From a virus: a DNA stretch of 64,000 bases. This document shows positions 39,144 through 47,473 of the stretch, piece after piece. Position 1 is the first letter of the stretch, and each line of letters opens with the position of its first letter. Location: positions 1-64,000 of IMG/VR virus record IMGVR_UViG_3300047089_000152; one strand, written 5' to 3'. The translations under genes and the position numbers were made by a program. Under the pieces are notes generated by a model. It was not told the origin of the DNA and ran no database searches. It saw nothing but the letters and a program-made list of their open reading frames with translations.

Positions 39144-39740
39144 ATGGCCGACGACTATGAGTTCTACAGGCGGGAAGGTCGACTCGATCACGCACAGCAG
39201 GTACTGCTTGGTGACCTAGAAGCGCGGCGAGAACTTCAGGAGTCGATCAACGATCTCCGCCGTGAGCATTGGGAGCTAAAAAAGCAAGTCACCGAAGCTG
39301 CCGAACAGCTGAGGCTGACACAACTCAAGTATCACACCGTCAGCACCGAACTTGCGATACGCATGCAGCTTGCTGACGAGCTACCACGCTACGAGCACTG
39401 GGCCATCGACCTGATCAGGTCGATGGCAACATTCGACCGGCGTCACCAGAAGTGGGAAAATTGCCCGGAGATCGAAGGTGTCTACGTCCTATACCAGGAC
39501 GAAGAACTACTCTACGTCGGCGAAGCCGCTAACATCCGCAAGCGACTGCGGAACCACCCGCAGCGCGGGTTCACGACAGTAAGGTACTGCGAAGTGCTCG
39601 GCGGCAAAGACGCTCGCTGCGCGACCGAAACCAAGCTTGTCAGAGCGCTGAACCCTGCTGGCAACGGTCGGGAGACCAGAGGCACTGTGATAGTTAAGCC
39701 CCTGGATGTTACGAGCGGTATGCGTATCCCAGTTCGCTGA
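39144..39740 (+). CDS. Coiled-coil plus GIY-YIG nuclease
   Basis: GVYVLY...LYVGEAANIRKRLRNH...E...LNP.GN. Confidence 0.8.
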   Translation: MADDYEFYRREGRLDHAQQVLLGDLEARRELQESINDLRREHWELKKQVTEAAEQLRLTQLKYHTVSTELAIRMQLADELPRYEHWAIDLIRSMATFDRRHQKWENCPEIEGVYVLYQDEELLYVGEAANIRKRLRNHPQRGFTTVRYCEVLGGKDARCATETKLVRALNPAGNGRETRGTVIVKPLDVTSGMRIPVR

Positions 39741-39768
39741 GTTTCTTGTCCCGCGTAGGCTGACCCGC

Positions 39769-40149
39769 ATGAAAACCTTGCTTCTCGCCGTCATGGTCAC
39801 GGTGTCGGCCGCTGCATGCTCCAGTAGCAGCACGACAAGCACCCCGCCACCAGCACCGACGTCCGCGACACCAAGCCTGTCGTCAGCGGCACCGTCGCAC
39901 ACCAAGACGCCCACACCGGCACCAACGCATACCCGCGCGGCAACTCCACCACCGACACGGACACGTGCCGCAGCGCCGCCTCCGGCCCCAGCTCCAGTGT
40001 CCTGCCACCCCACCAGCAGCACCGGGCACTGCTACAAGCCCGGCCAGTTCTGCCCGCAGGCTGACCACGGACTGACAGGAAATACCGCGTCCGGTGAGTC
40101 CATCACCTGCCGGTACGTCAGCGGCCGGTGGCACTGGGAACCATCCTGA
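39769..40149 (+). CDS. Pro/Thr-rich lipoprotein
   Basis: Lipobox AAA-C; C-terminal CYKPGQFC domain. Confidence 0.7.
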   Translation: MKTLLLAVMVTVSAAACSSSSTTSTPPPAPTSATPSLSSAAPSHTKTPTPAPTHTRAATPPPTRTRAAAPPPAPAPVSCHPTSSTGHCYKPGQFCPQADHGLTGNTASGESITCRYVSGRWHWEPS

Positions 40150-40209
40150 GACAATGATGGTACACTGTAGGTACGACAAGGGGTAAGTAGGTCGCCGCAG
40201 GGTGGCCGC

Positions 40210-40656
40210 ATGCCCCCGGATCTGGAGGAAAAAAAGATGGTGCGTGTATGGCAAGTTCGTCACACCTTCACATCCAGTAATGGTGAGACATACCGTAATG
40301 AAAAGGGAGGCGAGGTCGGTATAGAAACAAAGCCCGGAAGTCCGATCTGGGTCAAACCAGATGACCTCGATGAATTGATCGAGTCGCTCCTGGAAGTAAA
40401 AAACCATCCTGTGGAGCCATACAAGGCACCGGGATTCAGAGAAAGAACCAGCAGTGACGAGCAGATCGTGCGAGTGGATGGTGGTTACGCCTACACATGG
40501 CCAGGCGAGCCGCTCGCGATCGGTGACCGTGTACTGCTTCCCGAGAACTGGCTCAGTGCCGTGAAACACGGTCACGGACCGTTCCAGGGAACGGTAACAG
40601 GCTTCGGCACCGACTACGACGGTGTAATGTCAGCCGTTATCAAAAAGATCGACTGA
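40210..40656 (+). CDS. Hypothetical protein
   Basis: ORF downstream of a TACACT promoter. Confidence 0.6.
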   Translation: MPPDLEEKKMVRVWQVRHTFTSSNGETYRNEKGGEVGIETKPGSPIWVKPDDLDELIESLLEVKNHPVEPYKAPGFRERTSSDEQIVRVDGGYAYTWPGEPLAIGDRVLLPENWLSAVKHGHGPFQGTVTGFGTDYDGVMSAVIKKID

Positions 40657-40682
40657 CGGGGGCGGCGGGGGGCCTTACTTGC

Positions 40683-40730
40683 CTTGTGCGAAGCAACTAC
40701 CTGACCTGGGACGCTAAGCGTACACCTGTG
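40683..40730 (+). repeat. 48-bp direct repeat, copy 1 (promoter upstream element)
   Basis: cttgtgcgaagcaa-N6-gacctgggacgctaagcgtacacctgtg. Confidence 0.85.
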
Positions 40731-40748
40731 AAGGGGTATGCTGGTGAC

Positions 40749-41078
40749 ATGGCCAAAGGAAACCTCCCGTTCGAGTCCCTCACCGCGGCGACAGCCGCAG
40801 GTCCCGGAGCTGTGAACGACCTGCAAGACACCCTCGCGCTGCATTCGCTGACAGCCCAGATAACCGACTTTGCCGGTACAGGAAACTGGACGATCAGGCT
40901 GGAAGCCTCACTTGACAACGTAAACTTCGTGGCATTGCAGAGCCAGACCCTCAACGAAGACGTCAACATTCACTTCGTCGGCGTGGTCACCTTCCCCGCC
41001 CGGTACGTCCGCGCTAACCTACTCCTAGACTCCGGGGTGACGAGCATCACGGTTACCGCCTGGGTGGCAAGCGCCTGA
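40749..41078 (+). CDS. Beta-rich hypothetical protein
   Basis: LEASLDNVNF...PARYVRAN; leaderless TATGCT -10. Confidence 0.65.
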   Translation: MAKGNLPFESLTAATAAGPGAVNDLQDTLALHSLTAQITDFAGTGNWTIRLEASLDNVNFVALQSQTLNEDVNIHFVGVVTFPARYVRANLLLDSGVTSITVTAWVASA

Positions 41079-41081
41079 GCT

Positions 41082-41795
41082 GTGATGATCGCCCACTTCT
41101 ACCACACGTGGGTCGACGGCGAATGGGAACGCCCCGCTGCCGCGCATGTGATGGCTATGGGTGCGGCCGGTTTGCGCCCGGACGTGTTCGCGGTCGGGGT
41201 TGTGGGTTCGGCGGAACGACGTAAGGCCGCGCGGGGCTGGTGGCGTAAGGCTGCCGTGGCTGATTCGGTTGAGTTCACCGAAGCCGACGCCGGGTACGAG
41301 CAGGTGACGTTGCGGCGGTTGCGGGAATGGGTGGCTACAGCGGATCCGGCCACCCCAGTGCTGTACGCGCATTCTAAGGGTGCATACAACCTGTCACCGA
41401 TCACGGCGGTACACCGGGACGCTATGACATCAGGTGTGGTACGGCGATGGCGTGGAGCCGTCGCCGCGCTGACGGACCACGACGTGGCAGGCTGTTTCTG
41501 GAGCCTGGGGACACAGCCGCATTTCACGGGGAATTTCTGGTGGGCGCGGGCGGGGTATCTGGCTGGCCTGCCGGTGGTCGCGGATACGGACCGGTTCGCG
41601 GCGGAGTTGTGGTTGGGTCAGGATGACCCGGCTTGGTGTGAGCTGGGGGAATTCACTTATGCGGAGATGTGTGAAGCGGTGCTGGGGCGGCCAGAGTTGG
41701 ACGCTCCGGGGTTGGTGATGCCTCCGGGCGTGTCCCTGCTGGGGTCTCCGGCACCTGCCGCAACGATTCCGTATGGCCGGGCCGAGCGTATGTGA
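41082..41795 (+). CDS. Glycosyltransferase-associated phage protein (HxKG / GNFWW family)
   Basis: YEQVTL...VLYAHSKG...HFTGNFWWA...AELWLG. Confidence 0.6.
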   Translation: MMIAHFYHTWVDGEWERPAAAHVMAMGAAGLRPDVFAVGVVGSAERRKAARGWWRKAAVADSVEFTEADAGYEQVTLRRLREWVATADPATPVLYAHSKGAYNLSPITAVHRDAMTSGVVRRWRGAVAALTDHDVAGCFWSLGTQPHFTGNFWWARAGYLAGLPVVADTDRFAAELWLGQDDPAWCELGEFTYAEMCEAVLGRPELDAPGLVMPPGVSLLGSPAPAATIPYGRAERM

Positions 41796-41817
41796 GGTGC
41801 CAATAGTATTTGCTTTG

Positions 41818-41865
41818 CTTGTGCGAAGCAATTAACCGACCTGGGACGCTAAGCGTACACCTGTG
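41818..41865 (+). repeat. 48-bp direct repeat, copy 2
   Basis: Matches 40683-40730 except within the 6-nt segment. Confidence 0.85.
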
Positions 41866-41878
41866 GTACAATAGACCT

Positions 41879-42706
41879 ATGGCCACCTACAAGACGCTGC
41901 GCAGTGACGACCCGAAAGTCCAGCAAGCCCGGCAACGCGCCGGGAAAATCGTCGGGGCGATGAACGACCTCGCCGCCCTCGTCCAACAGTCGTGGGACGC
42001 GAAAGACTGGCGCGTCCTCGGCTATGACTCCTGGCAGAGTTACACGGTCGGGGAGTTCGGCCACGGCGACACCGCCATCAAAGCCCGGCAGGTCATCGTG
42101 TCCATGCTCCGAGGAACCGGACTGTCCCAACGCGCCATCGCCGCGGAGACCGGCGCGTCCGTCGCGACCGTCAACAACGACATTGCCGACCTGTCAACCG
42201 CACCCCCGGAGGGTGACCCTACGACGATCGACCGGCGACCCCGGCCGACTGTTCAGGAACCTGAACAGTCACTCAGAGTAACCGGGCTGGACGGTAGGAC
42301 ACAACCCGCCAGCAGAGGAGGCATGACAGGAGACCAGCGCAGAGAACGGGACCGGCTACTGCGGGCGCAAAGACGGCAAAGAGAAGCGGCCCTCCGCGAA
42401 ACCCACGCCGCCGACGCCGCCCGGCCGGTACCTGACATGATCCACGGTCACCCCGTGACCGTCACCTGCCCGATGTGCGTAGAACTGGCACGCCCAGCCC
42501 GCGAAGCACCCGTTGAACCACTAGCTGGACATTCCGTCGAAACCCGGCTTCGGCTGCTGTTCGCCGGGTTCCTCGACGGTCTCACCCCCGACCAGCTCAC
42601 CGCCCTGCACGACCACTGGGACGAGATCATGAACGAAACCGTCACAGACCGGATCACTAGCTGGGCCGCCGTCGGCCGTACCGTCGCGCAGGAAAGGGCA
42701 AGCTGA
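41879..42706 (+). CDS. HTH DNA-binding protein
   Basis: WRVLGYDSWQSY..GEF; GLSQRAIAAETGASVATVNND. Confidence 0.75.
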   Translation: MATYKTLRSDDPKVQQARQRAGKIVGAMNDLAALVQQSWDAKDWRVLGYDSWQSYTVGEFGHGDTAIKARQVIVSMLRGTGLSQRAIAAETGASVATVNNDIADLSTAPPEGDPTTIDRRPRPTVQEPEQSLRVTGLDGRTQPASRGGMTGDQRRERDRLLRAQRRQREAALRETHAADAARPVPDMIHGHPVTVTCPMCVELARPAREAPVEPLAGHSVETRLRLLFAGFLDGLTPDQLTALHDHWDEIMNETVTDRITSWAAVGRTVAQERAS

Positions 42707-43125
42707 TGAACGGTCAGACTGTCCCCCGGCCCCGGCCGTGCGCGTCGTGTCCGTACCGTAGAGACGTGCCGTCCGGTGTGTGGGCCGCGGAAGAATATGA
42801 CAAGCTACCCCGCTACGACGGGGACACGGGTGAGCAGGCGATGGCCGGGGCGTTCGGCGTGTTCATGTGTCACCAGGCTGACGGGCACCTGTGTTCAGGT
42901 TGGGTAGCCGCCCACGACATGCAGCACAACCTGGCGATACGCATGGCCCGCGACGTGGACATGCCAGCGGTCCTGTCGTACACCACGGACGTGTCGGTGT
43001 TTGGTTCCGGTGCGGAAGCCGCGGCGCACGGCAAGGCCGACATCGAGACCCCGGGGCCGGAAGCTATGCGGACCGTGGAGAAGATCACCGTGGTACGCGG
43101 TAGGCGCGGGAAAGGGAAAGGATGA
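42706..43125 (+). CDS. DUF6283-like Cys-rich protein
   Basis: PCASCPYRRDVPSGVWAAEEYDKLPRYDG...FMCHQ...CSGW. Confidence 0.7.
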   Translation: MNGQTVPRPRPCASCPYRRDVPSGVWAAEEYDKLPRYDGDTGEQAMAGAFGVFMCHQADGHLCSGWVAAHDMQHNLAIRMARDVDMPAVLSYTTDVSVFGSGAEAAAHGKADIETPGPEAMRTVEKITVVRGRRGKGKG

Positions 43126-43319
43126 GGCGGCCTAGGACGGAGCTGGAAGCGTACCGGTGTCCTGATTGCGGGTACACGGCGTTGATACAGCGGCTGGCTA
43201 GCCGGAGGAAGCTGACGGGGCATTTGAAGTGGTTGTGGTGTGTGCGGTGTGAGGTGCCCACGAATCATGTACTGGTCCCCTAGCCTGGACGGTTGTGGTA
43301 CGCTGTGGGTACAGCAAAC

Positions 43320-43453
43320 GGACCGGAAGGGAAAGGCTGGGCGCGGCAGGCATCGCAGCGGCCGGGATAGCAGCGGATCGGAGCGGCAGGACAGGATTGG
43401 CAGGGCACGGCTGGGCTAGGTGTGGCTGGGCTGGGAACGGAATGGATTGGACA
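43320..43453 (+). ncRNA. Upstream pentamer-code mini-array (13 pentamers + GGCA + 13 pentamers), putative guide RNA
   Basis: ggacc ggaag ggaaa ggctg...ggagc GGCA ggaca...ggatt ggaca; extended -10 TGG-TACGCT at 43296-43304. Confidence 0.75.
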
Positions 43454-43483
43454 CTAGCCGCACCGCATGCTACAGTAGAGGTA
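43448..43483 (+). promoter_or_regulatory. Promoter for the RAMP-like gene (TGGACA-N17-TACAGT-AGAGGTA)
   Basis: -35 overlaps the last pentamer of the mini-array. Confidence 0.6.
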
Positions 43484-43520
43484 TAGTCAACGGACGAGGG
43501 CATGAAAGGAACAACGCACC

Positions 43521-44186
43521 ATGCCACCACGCAAGACCACCACAGGCGGACCAGTCCAGCTCACCAGGCTGGCAGAAGAAGTCGCCCAAATCCACATCGC
43601 CGGGGCTACGCCACTTATTATTCATAAATGGTCGGAAAAGGCGCTCAACCAGATGCGGATCGCCCAGTCCGGGGCAATTAAGCCGCCCCGCGAACCCAAG
43701 AACGCCGAAGAAAACGCCCACGCGGCAACATACTGGGTCGACGTCGCCGAGACGATCCCCGGCATCCCCAGCGTCTCATTCAAGGCCGCCATGGTCGGAG
43801 CCTGCCGGTTCTTCGACGGCCTCCCCATGACGACAGCAAAATTGCTGTTCTTCGTCGACGGGGTCGTCAGCGAAGCCAAGGGCGACGCGCCAGCACGCGA
43901 CCTGCTCGTCCCGATTATCTCCGGCCCTGGGGAAATGCGGGAAGACACCCCGCGCAACGACAACGGAAACCCGGACCTCCGGTACAGGAATCAGTTCTTC
44001 CCGTGGAAAGCCGTACTCAACGTGCGGTTCATGCCCGCGAAGATCGCCCCCGAATCCGTCATCGCGCTAGCTGACGCCGCCGGTCGTGGCGGTGTCGGAG
44101 AATGGCGTCCATCCGCACCGAAAAGCGCGACTGGCACATACGGCCAGTTTCGTGTCATCACCCGGAAGGAATGGGAGTCGGCCTAA
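43521..44186 (+). CDS. Stand-alone RAMP/Cas7-like RNA-binding protein (Vipr-like effector)
   Basis: IHIAGATPLIIH (first RRM strand), PGIPSVSFKAAM (cf. Cas7/Csm3 PxIPGSSLKG), C-terminal G-loop GVGEWRP...GTYGQFRV; flanked by pentamer arrays. Confidence 0.75.
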   Translation: MPPRKTTTGGPVQLTRLAEEVAQIHIAGATPLIIHKWSEKALNQMRIAQSGAIKPPREPKNAEENAHAATYWVDVAETIPGIPSVSFKAAMVGACRFFDGLPMTTAKLLFFVDGVVSEAKGDAPARDLLVPIISGPGEMREDTPRNDNGNPDLRYRNQFFPWKAVLNVRFMPAKIAPESVIALADAAGRGGVGEWRPSAPKSATGTYGQFRVITRKEWESA

Positions 44187-44187
44187 A

Positions 44188-44745
44188 ATGGCGACCATCA
44201 CCGTCGAACAGCAGTGGGCGTTCAAATCGGGTGCGCGTGTCCCGGGTGGCGTCCACGCCGAGGATGTGGTGCGTGAGAAGGAACAGATGGAAGACCACCT
44301 GGGCCGCCTCGCCACCACGGAGGAAGCCGCGGAAATGGTCCTCCGCTGGCCTACCAAGTACAAGGCGCACCGGGCGTTCGCACCGGCAACCGAGAAAGAA
44401 GCACTCCACGAAGCAGTGGTACGCGGTGTTCGGAGCGCCTGGAGTTCCGTGATTCAGGTCGACGTCGAAATCACCGAGGTCACCAACCGGATTTCCGGTG
44501 ATATCGAGATCGCAACCAGGCGTGTCGACGCACCCGAAGTGAGATGGTTTCACGCCGTGCCAGCACGCGTCGGCGACACGCAACGAGTTTATGACTCGTT
44601 GCCGAATATCGCAGCCGATGCTGACAAGGAAGCGGCGCTGTCCGAAGATCTCGCCACGCAAGCACGCAACTTCTCCGCAAAAGTAGCCAGCGTCACTGGC
44701 GAGCTGGCGCGGTTGCACAAGTTGCGCAGCACCGCCGGAAATTAG
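44188..44745 (+). CDS. Accessory protein coupled to the RAMP-like gene
   Basis: Starts 1 nt after the RAMP stop; helical; directly precedes the array. Confidence 0.7.
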   Translation: MATITVEQQWAFKSGARVPGGVHAEDVVREKEQMEDHLGRLATTEEAAEMVLRWPTKYKAHRAFAPATEKEALHEAVVRGVRSAWSSVIQVDVEITEVTNRISGDIEIATRRVDAPEVRWFHAVPARVGDTQRVYDSLPNIAADADKEAALSEDLATQARNFSAKVASVTGELARLHKLRSTAGN

Positions 44746-44748
44746 ACC

Positions 44749-44786
44749 ACCAGGTTCCGGCCGGGGAAACTCGGCCGGAACCTGGT
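44749..44786 (+). other. Leader hairpin (16-bp stem, GAAA loop) immediately 5' of the main array
   Basis: accaggttccggccgg-ggaaac-tcggccggaacctggt. Confidence 0.8.
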
Positions 44787-44794
44787 CGGTAAGG

Positions 44795-46073
44795 GGAGTG
44801 GAGGGGCAGGGACTGTCGTGGCAAGGAACGGCAGGGCACGGAGTGGATTGGCAGGATAGGCTCGGCGCGGCCAGGCGGGGAGCGTTTCGGAGTGGCATGG
44901 ATTGGCTGGGACTGGCAGTATCGGATCGCAGTGGTCAGGGTAGGCAAGGCCCGGCCAGGCGGGGCTCGGTATGGCCTGCACTGGCGGGGAACGCAATGGA
45001 GTGGCAGGACCGGTGTGGAATGGCTGGGACGGGAACGGCGCGGTAGGGAATGGAGTGGCAGGAACGGTGGGGCCGGGCGCGGCGCGGCTAGGCTCGGCGC
45101 GGACGGGCATGGATTGGCTGGGCAGGACAGGATCGGAGAGCAGGGGGCTGGCGCGGCATGGCACGGAGAGGCAGGAGAGGAACGGTCGGGACAGGAGCGG
45201 CAAGGAGCGCACCGGCAGGCAGCGGCAGGGAATGGCATGGAACGGACTGGATTGGCAGGACAGGACCGGCATGGCCAGGAGGGGCATGTCCTGGAATGGA
45301 ATGGCAGGAATGGCTGGGTACGGCGGGGCCGGGCGAGCATTGGACAGGACCGGCAGTCGCGGAAGGGCTCGGCAGGGACCGGATTGCAGCGGCGAGGATG
45401 GGCTAGGCAGGAGCGGAACGGCAGGGCATGGCCTGGATCGGAGCGGCTGGGCAGGATAGGCATGGATCGGCCTGGGTAGGCAAGGAGGGGCTGGGACGGG
45501 ACCGGATTGGCAGGGCAGCAGTGGAGAGGCAAGCCGTGCAATGGCGGGGCGGGGCGTGGCATGGACTGGACCGGCAGGACTGGACTGGACTGGATTGGAG
45601 AGCAGGGCAGTGGCAGGGATCGTAGGGGTTCGGACGGGCAGGTTAGGCTTGGACGGGCTAGGCGTGGCATGGGCCGGCAAGGAACGGCTCGGAGCGGCAG
45701 GGATTGGCACGGCTCGGAGTGGCAGGACCGGACGGGTACGACGTGGCGTGGCTGGCATTGGCAAGGACTGGCAGGAGTGGATTGGCAGGGCCGGGCTTGG
45801 CATGGCGTGGCTGGGAATGGCGTGGCAGGACAGGTGGGGCTTGGCGGGCCGGGGATCGGCACGGATGGGCATGGCATGGCCCGGTAGGGCATGGCAGCAT
45901 TGGACTGGACCGGACCGGCAAGGCTTGGCTTGGCTGGGATCGGATGGGAACGGCAGGAGCGGAGCGGACTGTCGTGGCATGGCATGGCCTGGCGTGGCGC
46001 GGATCGGACGGGCAGGATAGGTCGGGCGTGGAATGGAACGGACGGGCTGGGCATGGAACGGCAGGATAGGAGT
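44795..46073 (+). ncRNA. Main pentamer-code array: 21 units of 8-17 G(G)N-NN pentamers, each closed by GGCA (putative multi-guide RNA precursor)
   Basis: 44795-46063 is exactly 237x5 + 21x4 nt; GGCA marks at 44850, 44914, 45003, 45057, 45121, 45170, 45254, 45303, 45352, 45406, 45450, 45514, 45573, 45637, 45721, 45770, 45824, 45893, 45952, 46011, 46060. Confidence 0.85.
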
Positions 46074-46130
46074 GACCCGCAGGGCTACTGTCGGGGTGGG
46101 CCGCGTGCCCCGGCAGAAGTTCGGCGGTGG

Positions 46131-46283
46131 ATGATCTTGTGCTCGTGCGGCCATCCTGCGGTCGAGCATGACCTGAACCGTTCGGAGACTAAGCGAACAG
46201 TTTGCCTGACCACCGAACGGACTACGAAATGTCCGTGCGTGCTATATTCACCAGACCTTCGTGATACACTAGAGGTACAATGA
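46131..46283 (+). CDS. Small Cys/His protein
   Basis: CSCGH...H...C...CPC. Confidence 0.45.
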   Translation: MILCSCGHPAVEHDLNRSETKRTVCLTTERTTKCPCVLYSPDLRDTLEVQ

Positions 46284-47149
46284 ACGAGACCATAGAACGA
46301 GAAGACCGCAGGGCCGTCACCGCGCTCACCTCCGGGGAAAACGCCACGAAGGTCACCGTCAAAACAAGCGACGGCAACTACGAAGAACGACAGCTAACCG
46401 TCCACGGGCTCGCACGGCTGATTCCCGTGATCGCACTGGGCGACATGGACCGGCTGATAGACGACGTGCGCGAACACGGCGTCCTCGAACCCCTGATCAT
46501 GTTCCAGGGACAAGTCCTTGACGGACGCAACCGGCTCGCCGTAGCTTCGGTCGTCGGCGTACCCGTGCAGCTCACCGAATTCGACGGAGACGAAGCCGCA
46601 GCCAGAAACTTCGTCTGGTCCGCGAACGCTGCGAGGCGGCACCTGTCCGTCCCCCAGATCGCGCTGGCCGCTGAACGGTTCGGTTTCGTCGACGCCGCCA
46701 AAGCCGAAGCAGGCCCCGACGACCCCAACCTGGATATCCGCTCGACGGTCGCACCATGGGCGCGAATCGCCGCGCGAAAGGTCGGTGCGATCACCCCGGC
46801 TACACTGGAACGGTTCCAGCAAGCCAGGATCCCCGAGGCACCCGACACGATGCGCCGGGTCGATTCCGGTGAGATCCGCCGGGTCGACGTCGCGGTCAAG
46901 GAAGCGGTCGCGGAGCGGACCGTGCTCACCGGCCGTCTCATCCAGGTTCCACCCCCGGTTGCGCGTACCGCGTGGGACCGGCTGGGCTGCGCGCGGGGTG
47001 ACGTTCTCGCCGCGGAACGCGCCATCCTGGCAGGGGACTGGGGTGGGATGGAAAGGGACCAGTTCGCTGTCCGCGCCCGTGAAATCCAGGGAGCCCTGAT
47101 CAGGATTCAGAATTTGTATCGTTATGGATCGGGCGGCAGGACCGGTTAG
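46280..47149 (+). CDS. ParB-like N-terminal domain protein
   Basis: DVREHGVLEPL...LDGRNRL...FVWSANAARRHLS. Confidence 0.8.
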   Translation: MNETIEREDRRAVTALTSGENATKVTVKTSDGNYEERQLTVHGLARLIPVIALGDMDRLIDDVREHGVLEPLIMFQGQVLDGRNRLAVASVVGVPVQLTEFDGDEAAARNFVWSANAARRHLSVPQIALAAERFGFVDAAKAEAGPDDPNLDIRSTVAPWARIAARKVGAITPATLERFQQARIPEAPDTMRRVDSGEIRRVDVAVKEAVAERTVLTGRLIQVPPPVARTAWDRLGCARGDVLAAERAILAGDWGGMERDQFAVRAREIQGALIRIQNLYRYGSGGRTG

Positions 47150-47207
47150 GACGGGCTAGGAATGGCTGGGCTGGGCATGGACTGGAATGGCAGGAATGGA
47201 ATGGCTA
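47135..47207 (+). ncRNA. Pentamer-code unit (GGCA + 10 pentamers + GGCA + 3) between the ParB-like gene and the next gene
   Basis: ggca ggacc ggtta ggacg ggcta ggaat ggctg ggctg ggcat ggact ggaat ggca ggaat ggaat ggcta. Confidence 0.7.
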
Positions 47208-47473
47208 AGCCGGATTTCGCCCACGGCGTGCAAGGCTACAACTGGCACAAGTGCCGGTGCGAACAGTGCCGGGCGGCTAACTCCGCCCGGTCCCGTACCT
47301 CCCGCGCTGCCCGCAAAGCACGCACCGCGGCGGGTGACCCCGCCGTCCCGCACGGGACCAGGGGCGGGTACACCAACTGGGCGTGCCGGTGCCTGCCATG
47401 CTCCCAGGCCAACAGCGAGGCGTGCCTGGAATACCGGAACGCCCACAGTAACCGTCAGGACATCGTGACCTGA
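47201..47473 (+). CDS. Small protein with two HG..gY...CRC..C repeats
   Basis: HGVQGYNWHKCRCEQC; HGTRGGYTNWACRCLPC. Confidence 0.7.
   Translation: MAKPDFAHGVQGYNWHKCRCEQCRAANSARSRTSRAARKARTAAGDPAVPHGTRGGYTNWACRCLPCSQANSEACLEYRNAHSNRQDIVT

Noticed and set aside
44795-46073. Canonical CRISPR array or simple microsatellite
   Set aside because: There is no 25-45 bp direct repeat with spacers, and the units are non-identical yet in exact register, unlike slippage repeats
44693-46169. Long ORFs on both strands over the pentamer array (453 aa, 475 aa and many shorter)
   Set aside because: They are by-products of a stop-poor 5-nt repeat: open in many frames, with low-complexity translations and no codon periodicity
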